A stretch of DNA of 64,000 bases. Origin: Bacteroidota bacterium. GTDB lineage: Bacteria > Bacteroidota > Bacteroidia > Bacteroidales > UBA12077. The notes beneath the pieces were generated by a model. That model made no database searches and was not told where the DNA came from. It was given only the letters and a program-made list of their open reading frames with translations. Each line of letters starts with the position of its first letter. Position 1 is the stretch's first letter. Below, one piece after another: positions 9,745 to 19,684 of this stretch. Location of the stretch: the NCBI GenBank assembly GCA_042584405.1, contig JBHOSR010000002.1, positions 3,417 to 67,416 on the forward strand, read 5' to 3'. The position numbers were made by a program, and so were the translations under genes.

Positions 9745-12700
9745 ATGAGATTTTTCTATTATATAGCTAAATATAAATTTCTAGTTGGATTTTTTCTCTT
9801 TCTTGCTCTAGCACTTTTGTTTGAACGAAATATTAGGTTTCAACCTAATGAGAATAATGAATTTAAAAGAGTGCAGGAAATCCTAAAACGAAAAACACAA
9901 AAAGTTGATGAAATTTTAAACAACATAGAAATTGAGCTTGGTTCTTTAGCATTAGAGGATTTGATGCGTGAACAAAGTTTAATATCAAAAAATTTATACG
10001 ATGAAGAAGGTATTGTATTTTTAGGCTATTCAGAAGATACATTGGTGTTTTGGACCGATAATACTATTCCTGTTGTTAATAATCATGTTGAAAATCAGTT
10101 GTATAACGATATTGCAAAACTTAAAAACGGATGGTTTATTATTCGTCATAACTACATTGATAACTACCAACTTTTTGGATTAATTCTTCTTAAAAATGAA
10201 TATTCGTATCAAAATGAATTTATAAAAAGCGATTTTTTTCATGAATATGAAATTGATGTTCCGGTATCTATTGCATTTGACAAGACGAAAGGATTTAATA
10301 TTGCTGATCATGAAAATAATTATTTATTTTCTTTTGAATTCAAATCGAATCTTATTTATAATCATTCGAAAGTAATTGTTTCAAGCTTATTTTACTTTAT
10401 TGCTATTATCCTTTTGTTTTTTACTTTAAAGAAACTTGTATCAGACATAGGTACTTTAAAACTCCGAAATGCAGTATTATTTTTTTTAGCATTTTTCCTT
10501 TTGCTACTTCGATATTTAATGTTAGAATATCACTTTCCTGCAGTATTTAAACAATTAGAATTATTTCAACCTCATCATTATGCTATTTCAATGATGGTTC
10601 CTTCGCTAGGAGATTTGTTTTTGCATGCCATTTTTATGTTTTTTTTCTTTACAGTTTTTTATACCGAATTCAAGATAACAATACCCAGGAAGAATTTATT
10701 TAAATATCTGGTTGTAGGGCTTTTAATTACTTCATCTTTTGCCCTTTTTGGATATATTAATTACTTTTTCGAAAGTTTAATCCAGCATTCAAGTATTTCT
10801 TTTAATGTATATCAGTTCTTCAATTTATCAATATACAGTATTGTTGGATTTATCATAATTGTTCTTTACCTGGCAACATTATTTCTTTTTATAGACAGGA
10901 TTTTGAAAATAATCAAAGATGATTTTCAGTATAAAAAATTTATACAATTATTTATAATTCTTTTTATAATACTAGTTGCACTTTTCAGTATATTTTCTTC
11001 ACAATCTAAATTAATACCTATATCATTTTTCGGTATTCTTTTCTTATATCTTTCCTATATACGATTTTATAAAAAAACATTTAGTTATGTTATTCTGATA
11101 ATTATTTTGGTGATACTGGCATTATATACAGTTGTATTTATTACCGTAACTGGTGATAAGAAGGATAAAGAAACTAGAAAGGTTTTAGCATTAAATCTGG
11201 CTAATGAACACGATCAAATTGCAGAAATGTTACTCGAAGGGATAGAGGAGGAAATTGAAAGAGATAGCGTAGTAAAAGATCTTCTGACATGGCCTGAGCA
11301 AAACGAAGGAGCAATTCGGGAGTATTTACAGATGACATATTTCAGTGGATATTTTAGAAAATATGAATTGGATATATCATTCTGTAACCCAAAAGATGAT
11401 TTAACGATTAATTTAGAAAATAGTACAGAAATAGTTCATTGCTATACATTCTTTAGTGATTTATTTGAAAACGATGGAACGCAATTGCAAAATAGTAGAT
11501 TTTATTTTTTAGATAATATTGGAGGTTCAATTAGGTATCTTGGGCAGTTTGTTTATAAAAATCCAGAATGGGAAAATGAAGTATCCTTATTTATTTATAT
11601 CGATGCAAAATTAATTAGTCAAGAGCTTGGGTATCCTGAATTATTGCTTGATAGTCGAATGAATAGATCAACAATTTTAAGCGATTATTCTTATTCAAAA
11701 TATAAAGACGGTAACCTAATGACTCAATCAGGAGAGTTTTCTTACCAGTTGACATTTCCTGAAGATTGGCAATCCGGCGAGGAATTTTACTTTACTAGCG
11801 ATCAAAAATTTGAGCATTTAATTTATAAAATTGATGATTCGACTACAGTGGTTATAAGTAATAACAAACTACGATTTATTGATATCTTGGCATCCTTTTC
11901 ATACATTTTTGTGTTTTATTATATCCTGTATACAATTGTAATGTTTGTGTTAAACTTTCCTTATAATATTAAAGAATTTAATTATGATTTTAAGAACAAA
12001 ATTAAGTTTTCAATGATTGGCGTTTTGCTTCTGTCGTTGATTATCGTTGGTTTTGGGACAATCTACTATAATATTAATCAGTTCGAACGCAATTTGTATG
12101 AAAGAATAGGAGAGAAAATTCAGTCGGTTAAAGTTGAAATGGAACATAAGCTTGGAGGTGATTTTGAACTCTCGTCCGAAGATTATGATTTCCTAACATA
12201 TTTGTTAATAAAATTTTCAAGTGTTTTTTATATCGATATAAATCTTTACGATGTGCACGGAAATCTACTAGCATCATCCCAATCGCAAGTATTTGAAAAA
12301 GGTTTAATGGGTAATAAGATGGACCTTGATGCTTATCAACAGATGGTATTAAATAAAAGCGGCAAGTTTATCCATAAAGAATCAATTGGCGAATTAAGTT
12401 ATTATTCAGCTTATGTGCCCTTTACAAACGACGATAATGAACTGCTTGCCTATCTTAATCTTCCCTATTTCACAAAGCAAAGTGAGCTTAGAAAGGAAAT
12501 TTATACTATAGTTGTAGCGGTTGTAAATATTTATTTCTTTTTAATATTGTTATCTGTTATAGTGGCAATATTTATCTCAAATAATATTACCAAACCATTG
12601 GTATTAATACAAGAAAGATTCAGAGCGATTGATTTAGGTAAACAGAATGAACCTATAGCTTATAATAGTCACGATGAGATTGGAAGTTTAATAAAAGAAT

Positions 12701-13458
12701 ACAATAGGATGGTAAGCGAACTTACAGATAATGCGGAAAAGCTTGCCAAATCTGAACGTGAATCGGCATGGCGTGAAATGGCTAAACAAATTGCTCATGA
12801 AATTAAAAATCCTCTTACTCCAATGAAACTTTCTGTGCAGTACCTGCAAAAAGCCTGGAAAGATGAAATACCTGATTTTGATAAAAGATTGGAAAAATTT
12901 TCAAATTCTTTAATTAGCCAGATCAATAATTTATCAAGTATAGCTACCGAATTCTCAAATTTTGCAAAAATGCCAAGAGCAAGAGCTGAAGAGGTCAATA
13001 TAATTGCCAAGTTAGCAGATACAATAAATTTATTCGAAAGCACAGAAAATGTAAAATTTGATACAGATTTTAACAATATTCAAGAATTATATGTTTATGC
13101 CGATAAAGAGCAACTTCTTATTGTTTTTAGCAATTTAATAAAGAATGGAATTCAGGCAGTACCTAGAGGTCGAGATGCATTGATAAAAATCAGAGTTGAA
13201 ATCGTTAATGAAAAAGTTAAAATTAGTATTAGCGATAATGGAACAGGGATTTCTGAAGATCTTAAGGACAAATTGTTTATACCAAACTTTACTACTAAAA
13301 CAAGTGGAATGGGTCTTGGATTAGCAATTGTAAGAAATATTGTTGTTAGTGCAGATGGAGAAATATGGTATGAAACCAAAACTGAGAACTTATCTATTGG
13401 TGAATTAGGTAGTACCACTTTCTTTGTTACCTTTCCAATTTATAAACAATATGAGTAA
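9745..13458 (+). CDS. multi-pass sensor histidine kinase (NtrY-like HisKA)
   Basis: About 11 predicted TM helices, a Cache-like extracytoplasmic segment, a HAMP region, an H-box (AKQIAHEIKNPLTPM) and HATPase_c (NLIKNGIQA, DNGTGI, GMGLGL). Confidence 0.85.
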   Translation: MRFFYYIAKYKFLVGFFLFLALALLFERNIRFQPNENNEFKRVQEILKRKTQKVDEILNNIEIELGSLALEDLMREQSLISKNLYDEEGIVFLGYSEDTLVFWTDNTIPVVNNHVENQLYNDIAKLKNGWFIIRHNYIDNYQLFGLILLKNEYSYQNEFIKSDFFHEYEIDVPVSIAFDKTKGFNIADHENNYLFSFEFKSNLIYNHSKVIVSSLFYFIAIILLFFTLKKLVSDIGTLKLRNAVLFFLAFFLLLLRYLMLEYHFPAVFKQLELFQPHHYAISMMVPSLGDLFLHAIFMFFFFTVFYTEFKITIPRKNLFKYLVVGLLITSSFALFGYINYFFESLIQHSSISFNVYQFFNLSIYSIVGFIIIVLYLATLFLFIDRILKIIKDDFQYKKFIQLFIILFIILVALFSIFSSQSKLIPISFFGILFLYLSYIRFYKKTFSYVILIIILVILALYTVVFITVTGDKKDKETRKVLALNLANEHDQIAEMLLEGIEEEIERDSVVKDLLTWPEQNEGAIREYLQMTYFSGYFRKYELDISFCNPKDDLTINLENSTEIVHCYTFFSDLFENDGTQLQNSRFYFLDNIGGSIRYLGQFVYKNPEWENEVSLFIYIDAKLISQELGYPELLLDSRMNRSTILSDYSYSKYKDGNLMTQSGEFSYQLTFPEDWQSGEEFYFTSDQKFEHLIYKIDDSTTVVISNNKLRFIDILASFSYIFVFYYILYTIVMFVLNFPYNIKEFNYDFKNKIKFSMIGVLLLSLIIVGFGTIYYNINQFERNLYERIGEKIQSVKVEMEHKLGGDFELSSEDYDFLTYLLIKFSSVFYIDINLYDVHGNLLASSQSQVFEKGLMGNKMDLDAYQQMVLNKSGKFIHKESIGELSYYSAYVPFTNDDNELLAYLNLPYFTKQSELRKEIYTIVVAVVNIYFFLILLSVIVAIFISNNITKPLVLIQERFRAIDLGKQNEPIAYNSHDEIGSLIKEYNRMVSELTDNAEKLAKSERESAWREMAKQIAHEIKNPLTPMKLSVQYLQKAWKDEIPDFDKRLEKFSNSLISQINNLSSIATEFSNFAKMPRARAEEVNIIAKLADTINLFESTENVKFDTDFNNIQELYVYADKEQLLIVFSNLIKNGIQAVPRGRDALIKIRVEIVNEKVKISISDNGTGISEDLKDKLFIPNFTTKTSGMGLGLAIVRNIVVSADGEIWYETKTENLSIGELGSTTFFVTFPIYKQYE

Positions 13459-13599
13459 TTAATTGTATTTTACTTACTAACTTATTATTTAATTATTATT
13501 TATTAGCTTAAACTTAATGCAATAAAATACAGATTCTTACTGTGTAAAACTGGTGAGCATTATTTAGAAAAAAGTTAGTTTAATCATGTAAAATATTTA

Positions 13600-13607
13600 T
13601 ATATTTG
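13600..13607 (+). promoter_or_regulatory. candidate Bacteroidota -7 box (TATATTTG) for the T9SS cargo operon
   Basis: Exact match to TAnnTTTG, 34 nt upstream of the GTG start at 13642. No clean -33 TTTG. Confidence 0.35.
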
Positions 13608-13641
13608 TTATATATTGGACTTTTTATAAAAAAAATAATTT

Positions 13642-16600
13642 GTGTTGGTTTTGAAAAGGGAGTATTTATTTACAATTTTTATCATAATTTTTATTTTAGT
13701 TACAAGAAGTAGCTTTTCTCAAACCTCAATTTCGGGAATAATCAATTCTTATACTGCAATTGATTCTATATATCCTTCTAAAGATACAGTAGAAGTTGCT
13801 GATCCTTCAGCTTTTAATGCTGATGATACTGTGATGATTTATCAAGCACAAGGTGCTGAGCCAGTTACTGATATAATAACAAATCCATATAATTTTGGAA
13901 GTGTTCGAACTTCAGATCTTAATGAAACAGGAAAATATGAAATTATCTTGGTTCAAAAGGTTGAGGCAAATATGGTAATTTTTAAATCATTCCTTAATAA
14001 TGATTATAATACCAATGAAAAAGTTCAATTGGTAAGAGTTCCTTCATACAAAAGTGTAAGCGTTGATGGAGAAATTACTTGTGAAGCTTGGGAAGGAAGT
14101 AAGGGTGGAATATTAGCTTTAATGGTTAGCGACACACTTTTTTTAAATGCTGATATAAATGTTATGGGTAAGGGATTTCGTGGAGCTACTCCTTTTGAAA
14201 GTAATGGGGAATGTTCATCTACAGATTCAGCAACATATGGAACGCAGTATTTTAGTGAAAGTACAATTACTATAAGTGCTGGTTTTAAGGGAGAAGGTGT
14301 AGCTAAATTTGATACAGCGTACAGAAAAGGTTTAGGCCGTTGGGCCAACGGAGGAGGAGGTGGTAATGCCAGATTCTCTGGAGGAGGTGGAGGAGGAAAT
14401 GATGGTAATGGAGGTTACGGAGGGCAGGAAGATACCGTTACATGCACAACTCCAGCTTATGATACAAATCCGGATTACGATGGCTTTTGGAACGCACTTG
14501 GAGGAAGTGATGGCTTTGGATTAGGTAAACAAAATTTTGTTAACGACTCAACCATTTTTATGGGTGGTGGTGGAGGCTCAGGAACCTATACTACTGGACT
14601 GACAGCTACAAATGGTGGTAACGGAGGAGGATTAGTGATTATAATTGCTAAAATAATAAAATCAGGGGGTAATAGCATTATTGCAAGTGGTTCATCTGTT
14701 TCTAGTATAGCAGAAGCTTCAGGTGGAGGCGGAGGTGCAGGAGGAACTGTCGTTTTTGATATTGATTCTGTTATAGGTGCATTAAATGTTTCAACAAGTG
14801 GAGGTAGTGGTGGAATAGCCCAAGCTCATGGGCAGTCGGGTCCCGGCGGTGGTGGTGGTGGCGGACCAGTTTTATGGAATAGCACTCGTCCCAGTAATGT
14901 CACATTAATGAGTGAGGGTGGAGATCCTGGTTATGCTCAAAATTTGTGGCCTGATATAAAAACACATGAAGCGAAAAAGGGTTCTTTTGGAACAGAAAAA
15001 CCAAACGTAAAAGTTCCTTTAACAGGATTTTTATTTAATTCAGTAACCTCAGATCAGCAAGTCTGTATGGATGGTATTCCTGATTTAATTTCTGGGTCAG
15101 AACCAAGAGGAGGAACAGGGAACTTTACTTTTCAATGGCAACAAAGAACAAATTTAACTGCTTATTCAGATATTCCTGGAGCTACTAGTCGTGATTATCA
15201 ACCTCCTGCTTTAACAGATACAACTTATTACAAAAGAATTGTTACTTCAGGTAGTGTTATTGATAATGGAAATGAAGTTGAGGTTATTGTACATGATTAT
15301 GTAATTGGAAATAATATCTTAGGTGATGATTTAATAATTTGTGTTGGAAATGAGGCAGATACTATTACGGGAACAGAAGTAATATTGGGAGGTAATAATA
15401 TATCTTATCAATATATTTGGGAATCGAGTATTGATCAAAACGCATGGAATCCGATTACTTTATTAAACGATACCGTTTGTTTGCCTGGAATTGTTATCGA
15501 CACAACTTATGTTCGAAGAGTTGTAATATCGGGAGCATGTTATGATACTACAGCTAATATCGAAATTATTGGGCTCCCTGAAATTTCAAATAATGTACTT
15601 TCTCCTGATCAGGAAATTTGTGAAGGACAGATTCCAGATGAGATTGTAGGTGGCGCACCTGGAAATGGAGATGGATCATACACAATTTACTGGGAGGATA
15701 AAACGGAAAGTTCGGGTTGGATAACAGTAACAGATTCAATCAGAAAGGACTTAGCACCTTCAAATCTTTTTGAAACAATGTATTACAGACGCACAGTTCA
15801 ATCAGATGATTGTTTCGATATTAGTGATACCATAAAAATAAATGTTTTAGTGCCAATTGCTGATGATTCAATTATAACGCAGTCGAAAATTTATACATGT
15901 TACAATACAGCTCCTCAAACAATTGAAGGATCAACACCTACCGGTGGAGATGGTTCATATTCTTATCAGTGGCAAGAAAGTACAAATGGTATTGCCTGGA
16001 GTAATATTATAACTAATGCTACGAATAAAGACTATCTGGCAGATGCATTAACCCAAAAAACATATTATAGAAGAATAGTAACTTCTGGTATCAATGATTG
16101 CTGTTCTAGTATTACAGACACAATAGAAGTTGATATTTACGCATTACCAATAGCTACAATTGCGGATGTAATAGATACAACATGTAGTGGAGAAGAAGTT
16201 ATACTCGATATTGATTTTAGTGCTGGAGAAACTCCATTTACATTGACTTTTAATAATGGGGAAGCAGATTTTACTCCTAGTCCTATAGATGCTTTGATAT
16301 ATAATCCTGGTGTTAATCCTACTGCTACTATAGAAAGTAAACAGTATAATTATACCATAGTCTCAGTTTCCGATGACAATGGATGTGAAGCAACAGATAT
16401 GACAGGATTAACTAATGTAACTGTTTATGGAATTCCATCGGCAAATGCCGGCATAGATGATGAAGTTTGTATTCTTTCATATCAAATATCAGCAACTCCT
16501 AGTTTAGGAACTGGAGAATGGACTCAACTAACCGGTATTGGGAACACTATGTTTGAAAGTAATACTTCAGCAAATACAAATCTTACGGTAGATATAGCAG

Positions 16601-17238
16601 GAGAGTATGAATATTTATGGAAAGAAACTAACTGGCAATGTCAGGATTCTGATACAACAAAAATTACATTGTTCGAAAGACCATTTAATATAAATGTTAA
16701 TCCAGAGGATACCATTTTATATTTTGTAGATGAATTAGAACTCAAGGGCACTTTTGAAATAGATGATAATGTAAAACCAGTTGTAACAACATGGGATATT
16801 ATTGTTGGAAGTGCTGACGATATTACATCTATTGAGAATGATTCTATAATTACCTTTACATCATTAAATGATTTAGGTAATGAAGAAATAATAATTACCT
16901 GGACAGTTGAAAGAGAAGAATGCGAAGATTCTGTTGTTAACGTTTCGGTAAAATTGAGAGAGTTGTTTACACCTACAGGATTTACTCCTAATGGCGATGG
17001 CGTTAACGATCGTCTGACATTTAATGGTCTTGAAAATTCTGATGAGAATAAACTGATTATATATAATCGTTGGGGAACCGAAGTTTTTAGCAAGAAAAAT
17101 TTTACCAACAGTGATGGATGGGATGGAAAAAATAACGGAAAGGAATTACCTGAAGATACGTACTTTTATATACTAACAGTTACAGATGACGGTGTATCAC
17201 AAACACATAAAGGATTTATTGTTCTTAAACGATTTTAA
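13642..17238 (+). CDS. T9SS type-B C-terminal-domain surface protein (gliding-motility-associated CTD), glycine-tract N-domain plus Ig-like repeats
   Basis: Signal peptide. Four repeats of about 90 aa (IC.G..P..I.G..P.GG.G.Y.YQWQ...TYYRR.V.S). C-terminus FTPNGDGVNDRLTF...IYNRWGTEVF...WDGK...DTYFYIL matches the type-B CTD. Start is GTG or TTG, so uncertain by a few codons. Confidence 0.85.
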   Translation: MLVLKREYLFTIFIIIFILVTRSSFSQTSISGIINSYTAIDSIYPSKDTVEVADPSAFNADDTVMIYQAQGAEPVTDIITNPYNFGSVRTSDLNETGKYEIILVQKVEANMVIFKSFLNNDYNTNEKVQLVRVPSYKSVSVDGEITCEAWEGSKGGILALMVSDTLFLNADINVMGKGFRGATPFESNGECSSTDSATYGTQYFSESTITISAGFKGEGVAKFDTAYRKGLGRWANGGGGGNARFSGGGGGGNDGNGGYGGQEDTVTCTTPAYDTNPDYDGFWNALGGSDGFGLGKQNFVNDSTIFMGGGGGSGTYTTGLTATNGGNGGGLVIIIAKIIKSGGNSIIASGSSVSSIAEASGGGGGAGGTVVFDIDSVIGALNVSTSGGSGGIAQAHGQSGPGGGGGGGPVLWNSTRPSNVTLMSEGGDPGYAQNLWPDIKTHEAKKGSFGTEKPNVKVPLTGFLFNSVTSDQQVCMDGIPDLISGSEPRGGTGNFTFQWQQRTNLTAYSDIPGATSRDYQPPALTDTTYYKRIVTSGSVIDNGNEVEVIVHDYVIGNNILGDDLIICVGNEADTITGTEVILGGNNISYQYIWESSIDQNAWNPITLLNDTVCLPGIVIDTTYVRRVVISGACYDTTANIEIIGLPEISNNVLSPDQEICEGQIPDEIVGGAPGNGDGSYTIYWEDKTESSGWITVTDSIRKDLAPSNLFETMYYRRTVQSDDCFDISDTIKINVLVPIADDSIITQSKIYTCYNTAPQTIEGSTPTGGDGSYSYQWQESTNGIAWSNIITNATNKDYLADALTQKTYYRRIVTSGINDCCSSITDTIEVDIYALPIATIADVIDTTCSGEEVILDIDFSAGETPFTLTFNNGEADFTPSPIDALIYNPGVNPTATIESKQYNYTIVSVSDDNGCEATDMTGLTNVTVYGIPSANAGIDDEVCILSYQISATPSLGTGEWTQLTGIGNTMFESNTSANTNLTVDIAGEYEYLWKETNWQCQDSDTTKITLFERPFNINVNPEDTILYFVDELELKGTFEIDDNVKPVVTTWDIIVGSADDITSIENDSIITFTSLNDLGNEEIIITWTVEREECEDSVVNVSVKLRELFTPTGFTPNGDGVNDRLTFNGLENSDENKLIIYNRWGTEVFSKKNFTNSDGWDGKNNGKELPEDTYFYILTVTDDGVSQTHKGFIVLKRF

Positions 17239-18185
17239 TGCAAGGATATAAATACATATTATTTTTATTAATTATTGTTAGTCCACTCATTGGAATAGGA
17301 CAGGACGAGGAGATAAAAGTAGGTCAAAGATACGAGCCTATTTATAGTCAATATTGGGTAAATGGTTTAGCTATTAATCCTGCTTACACTGGCAGTAGAG
17401 AGTGTTTTAGTAATATTATTCTTTACCGAAATCAGTGGATGGGATTCGAAGGAGCACCAGTTACTCAAACATTAAGTAGTCATGCTCCTTTTAAAGATGA
17501 AAAAAATGCTGTTGGTCTTTTTATATTTCATGAAGAAATTGGCGTCTCAGATTATATAGATATTTATGGAAATTATGCTTTTAGATTTAAGTTAGGTAAG
17601 GGAAGACTTTCATTGGGATTAAGAGCGGGAGCAACAGTTTTTCAAGGAAATTATGCCGATATCAATGCAGATCCGGAAGGATTAGCAAATGATTTATTAT
17701 TAGAAAATGAATCAGAGATATTCCCAAATGCTGGCGTTGGAGCATATTATTATAGCAATAAGTTTTTTGTTGGTTTATCAGTTCCAAAATTACTTTCTTA
17801 TGAAATAAAAAGTTCGACAAAGAAAATGTCAATGAGCCCAGATAATTATGATTTTTTATTAACTGGGGGTTATTTATTTAGCATAAATCAGAATGTTAAA
17901 CTTAAACCATCGTTTTTATTCAGATATAGATTAGATAACACTTATCAGGTAGATATAGGAGGAAATGTAATCTTATACGATGCTTTATGGCTAGGTGGTT
18001 CATTTAGAATTGATGATGAAATTGCATTTATGATAGAGTACCAGGTAACAGATCAAATAAAAGCAGGAGCTGCATATGATTTTGCAAGTGGCGATTTGGC
18101 AGGTCAGCATGATGGATCACTAGAAATTATATTACGTTACGAATTTAGATATAAAATAAGAGCGGTTAGTCCGAGATATTTTTAA
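17238..18185 (+). CDS. PorP/SprF family type IX secretion system membrane protein
   Basis: YSQYWVNGLAINPAYTGS...YRNQWMGFEGAPVTQTLS signature. The start overlaps the upstream stop (TAATG). Confidence 0.9.
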   Translation: MQGYKYILFLLIIVSPLIGIGQDEEIKVGQRYEPIYSQYWVNGLAINPAYTGSRECFSNIILYRNQWMGFEGAPVTQTLSSHAPFKDEKNAVGLFIFHEEIGVSDYIDIYGNYAFRFKLGKGRLSLGLRAGATVFQGNYADINADPEGLANDLLLENESEIFPNAGVGAYYYSNKFFVGLSVPKLLSYEIKSSTKKMSMSPDNYDFLLTGGYLFSINQNVKLKPSFLFRYRLDNTYQVDIGGNVILYDALWLGGSFRIDDEIAFMIEYQVTDQIKAGAAYDFASGDLAGQHDGSLEIILRYEFRYKIRAVSPRYF

Positions 18186-18188
18186 AAG

Positions 18189-19646
18189 ATGAAGATTAAA
18201 GGAAAAATATGGTTATTAATCTTGCTTGGAATTATCAATATTCCATTAAACGCGCAAGATTATTCAATTAGCTTATTGCCTTTTAGTACAGATAAATATG
18301 ATGAATTTTCTCCTGTTTATTACAAAGGAGATATAATATTTTGTTCAAACCAGAAAAATACAATCTTTATTGATTATACTGACGAGAAAGAAAACTTACC
18401 TTTATCAGATATTTTTTATGTTGAGGAAGTTTCGAGAAATACATGGGGTAAACCAGAATTATTTATAAAAGAATTTAGAACTCATTTTAACGAGGGTCCT
18501 GCTACTTTTAATAGCAGAGGTTCTGAAATATATTTTACCAGAAATAACGATGTTAAAAAGAAAATAGGGAACTCAATTGAGCGTAAAAATAAACTTGGGA
18601 TTTACTATTCAAAATATAATAGACGGCAAGCTGCTTGGAGTGAACCAACTCCATTCAGATATAATGACCCAGAATATAATTTTGCACATCCATCATTAAG
18701 CGAAGATGAAAATTTCTTATATTTCGTATCTGATATGGAAGGAGGTTATGGAGGAACTGATATTTACGTTTGTGAATTGCAGAATGGGGTATGGGGTACT
18801 CCACAGAATCTTGGTCCAAGCATAAATACGGAAGGAAATGAATTCTTCCCTTTTATACACAGTACAGGTAGATTATATTTTTCTTCTGATGAGCACGAAA
18901 GTATCGGGCGTCTGGATATTTTTTATTCAGAAAAAGTAAACGGAGAATGGCATAAACCTATTCCTATGGACCCTCCAATTAATTCTAGGTACAACGACTT
19001 TGGATTTATAATTGATGCTTTCAAGAAGAGTGGAATGTTTTCTTCAGACAGACAACGCACATCGGACGATATTTATACTTTTACTCCACTTTACCCAATG
19101 TTCGAGAATTCTCAAAGACAAGAAGAAAATGATTACTGTTATGTTTTATATGAAGCCGGAGCAGAAAATCCTGACACCTCAATGCTCGAATACGAATGGT
19201 CATTCGGAGATGGTAAGAAGAAAAGAGGTCTTGAAGTTGATCATTGTTTTAATGGACCAGGAGACTATACTCTTGAACTAAATGTAATTGATAAATTAAC
19301 TGGTGAAGTATTTTATACACAAGCAACTTATCCTCTGAAAATTGAGGATATTGAACAAGTATATATTAATGCACCCGATACTGTTGAAGTAGGGAAAGAG
19401 GTTTTATTTGATGGTAGAAAAACAAATATAACTGATTTTGATATTTATAAGTACTATTGGGATTTTGGCGATGGCCGTAAAACACGAGGTATTGAAGCTA
19501 GTCACATTTATACTACAGTAGGAAGTTATATAGTTCAGTTAGGCGTTGTAAGTAAAAATGATAGAGATGGAAATTCGGAAAAACGAGGTGTATATAAAAA
19601 TATTGTAGTAGTGGCATCGACTAAGGAAAGAAGAAGAGGGAAATAA
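18189..19646 (+). CDS. secreted PD40/TolB-like beta-propeller protein with two C-terminal PKD domains
   Basis: Signal peptide. Repeated motifs of the ...EFSPVYY..., ...LYFVSDMEGGYGGTDIY..., ...EFFPFIHSTGRLYFSSD... type. Two PKD cores (WSFGDG, WDFGDG). Confidence 0.7.
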   Translation: MKIKGKIWLLILLGIINIPLNAQDYSISLLPFSTDKYDEFSPVYYKGDIIFCSNQKNTIFIDYTDEKENLPLSDIFYVEEVSRNTWGKPELFIKEFRTHFNEGPATFNSRGSEIYFTRNNDVKKKIGNSIERKNKLGIYYSKYNRRQAAWSEPTPFRYNDPEYNFAHPSLSEDENFLYFVSDMEGGYGGTDIYVCELQNGVWGTPQNLGPSINTEGNEFFPFIHSTGRLYFSSDEHESIGRLDIFYSEKVNGEWHKPIPMDPPINSRYNDFGFIIDAFKKSGMFSSDRQRTSDDIYTFTPLYPMFENSQRQEENDYCYVLYEAGAENPDTSMLEYEWSFGDGKKKRGLEVDHCFNGPGDYTLELNVIDKLTGEVFYTQATYPLKIEDIEQVYINAPDTVEVGKEVLFDGRKTNITDFDIYKYYWDFGDGRKTRGIEASHIYTTVGSYIVQLGVVSKNDRDGNSEKRGVYKNIVVVASTKERRRGK

Positions 19647-19684
19647 ATAGTATTGTTTATGTAAGATTAAATAGATAAGAGGAT

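Noticed and set aside
13465-13532. 9-bp inverted repeat (tgtatttta / taaaataca) upstream of the T9SS cargo gene as an invertible promoter
   Set aside because: It is short and purely AT-rich, so chance is likely in this composition. No site-specific recombinase gene is nearby.
14350-14866. GGN-rich DNA repeats considered as a tandem-repeat or CRISPR-like array
   Set aside because: They are in frame within a long ORF and encode poly-Gly tracts. There is no constant repeat/spacer periodicity. No CRISPR array was seen anywhere in the window.
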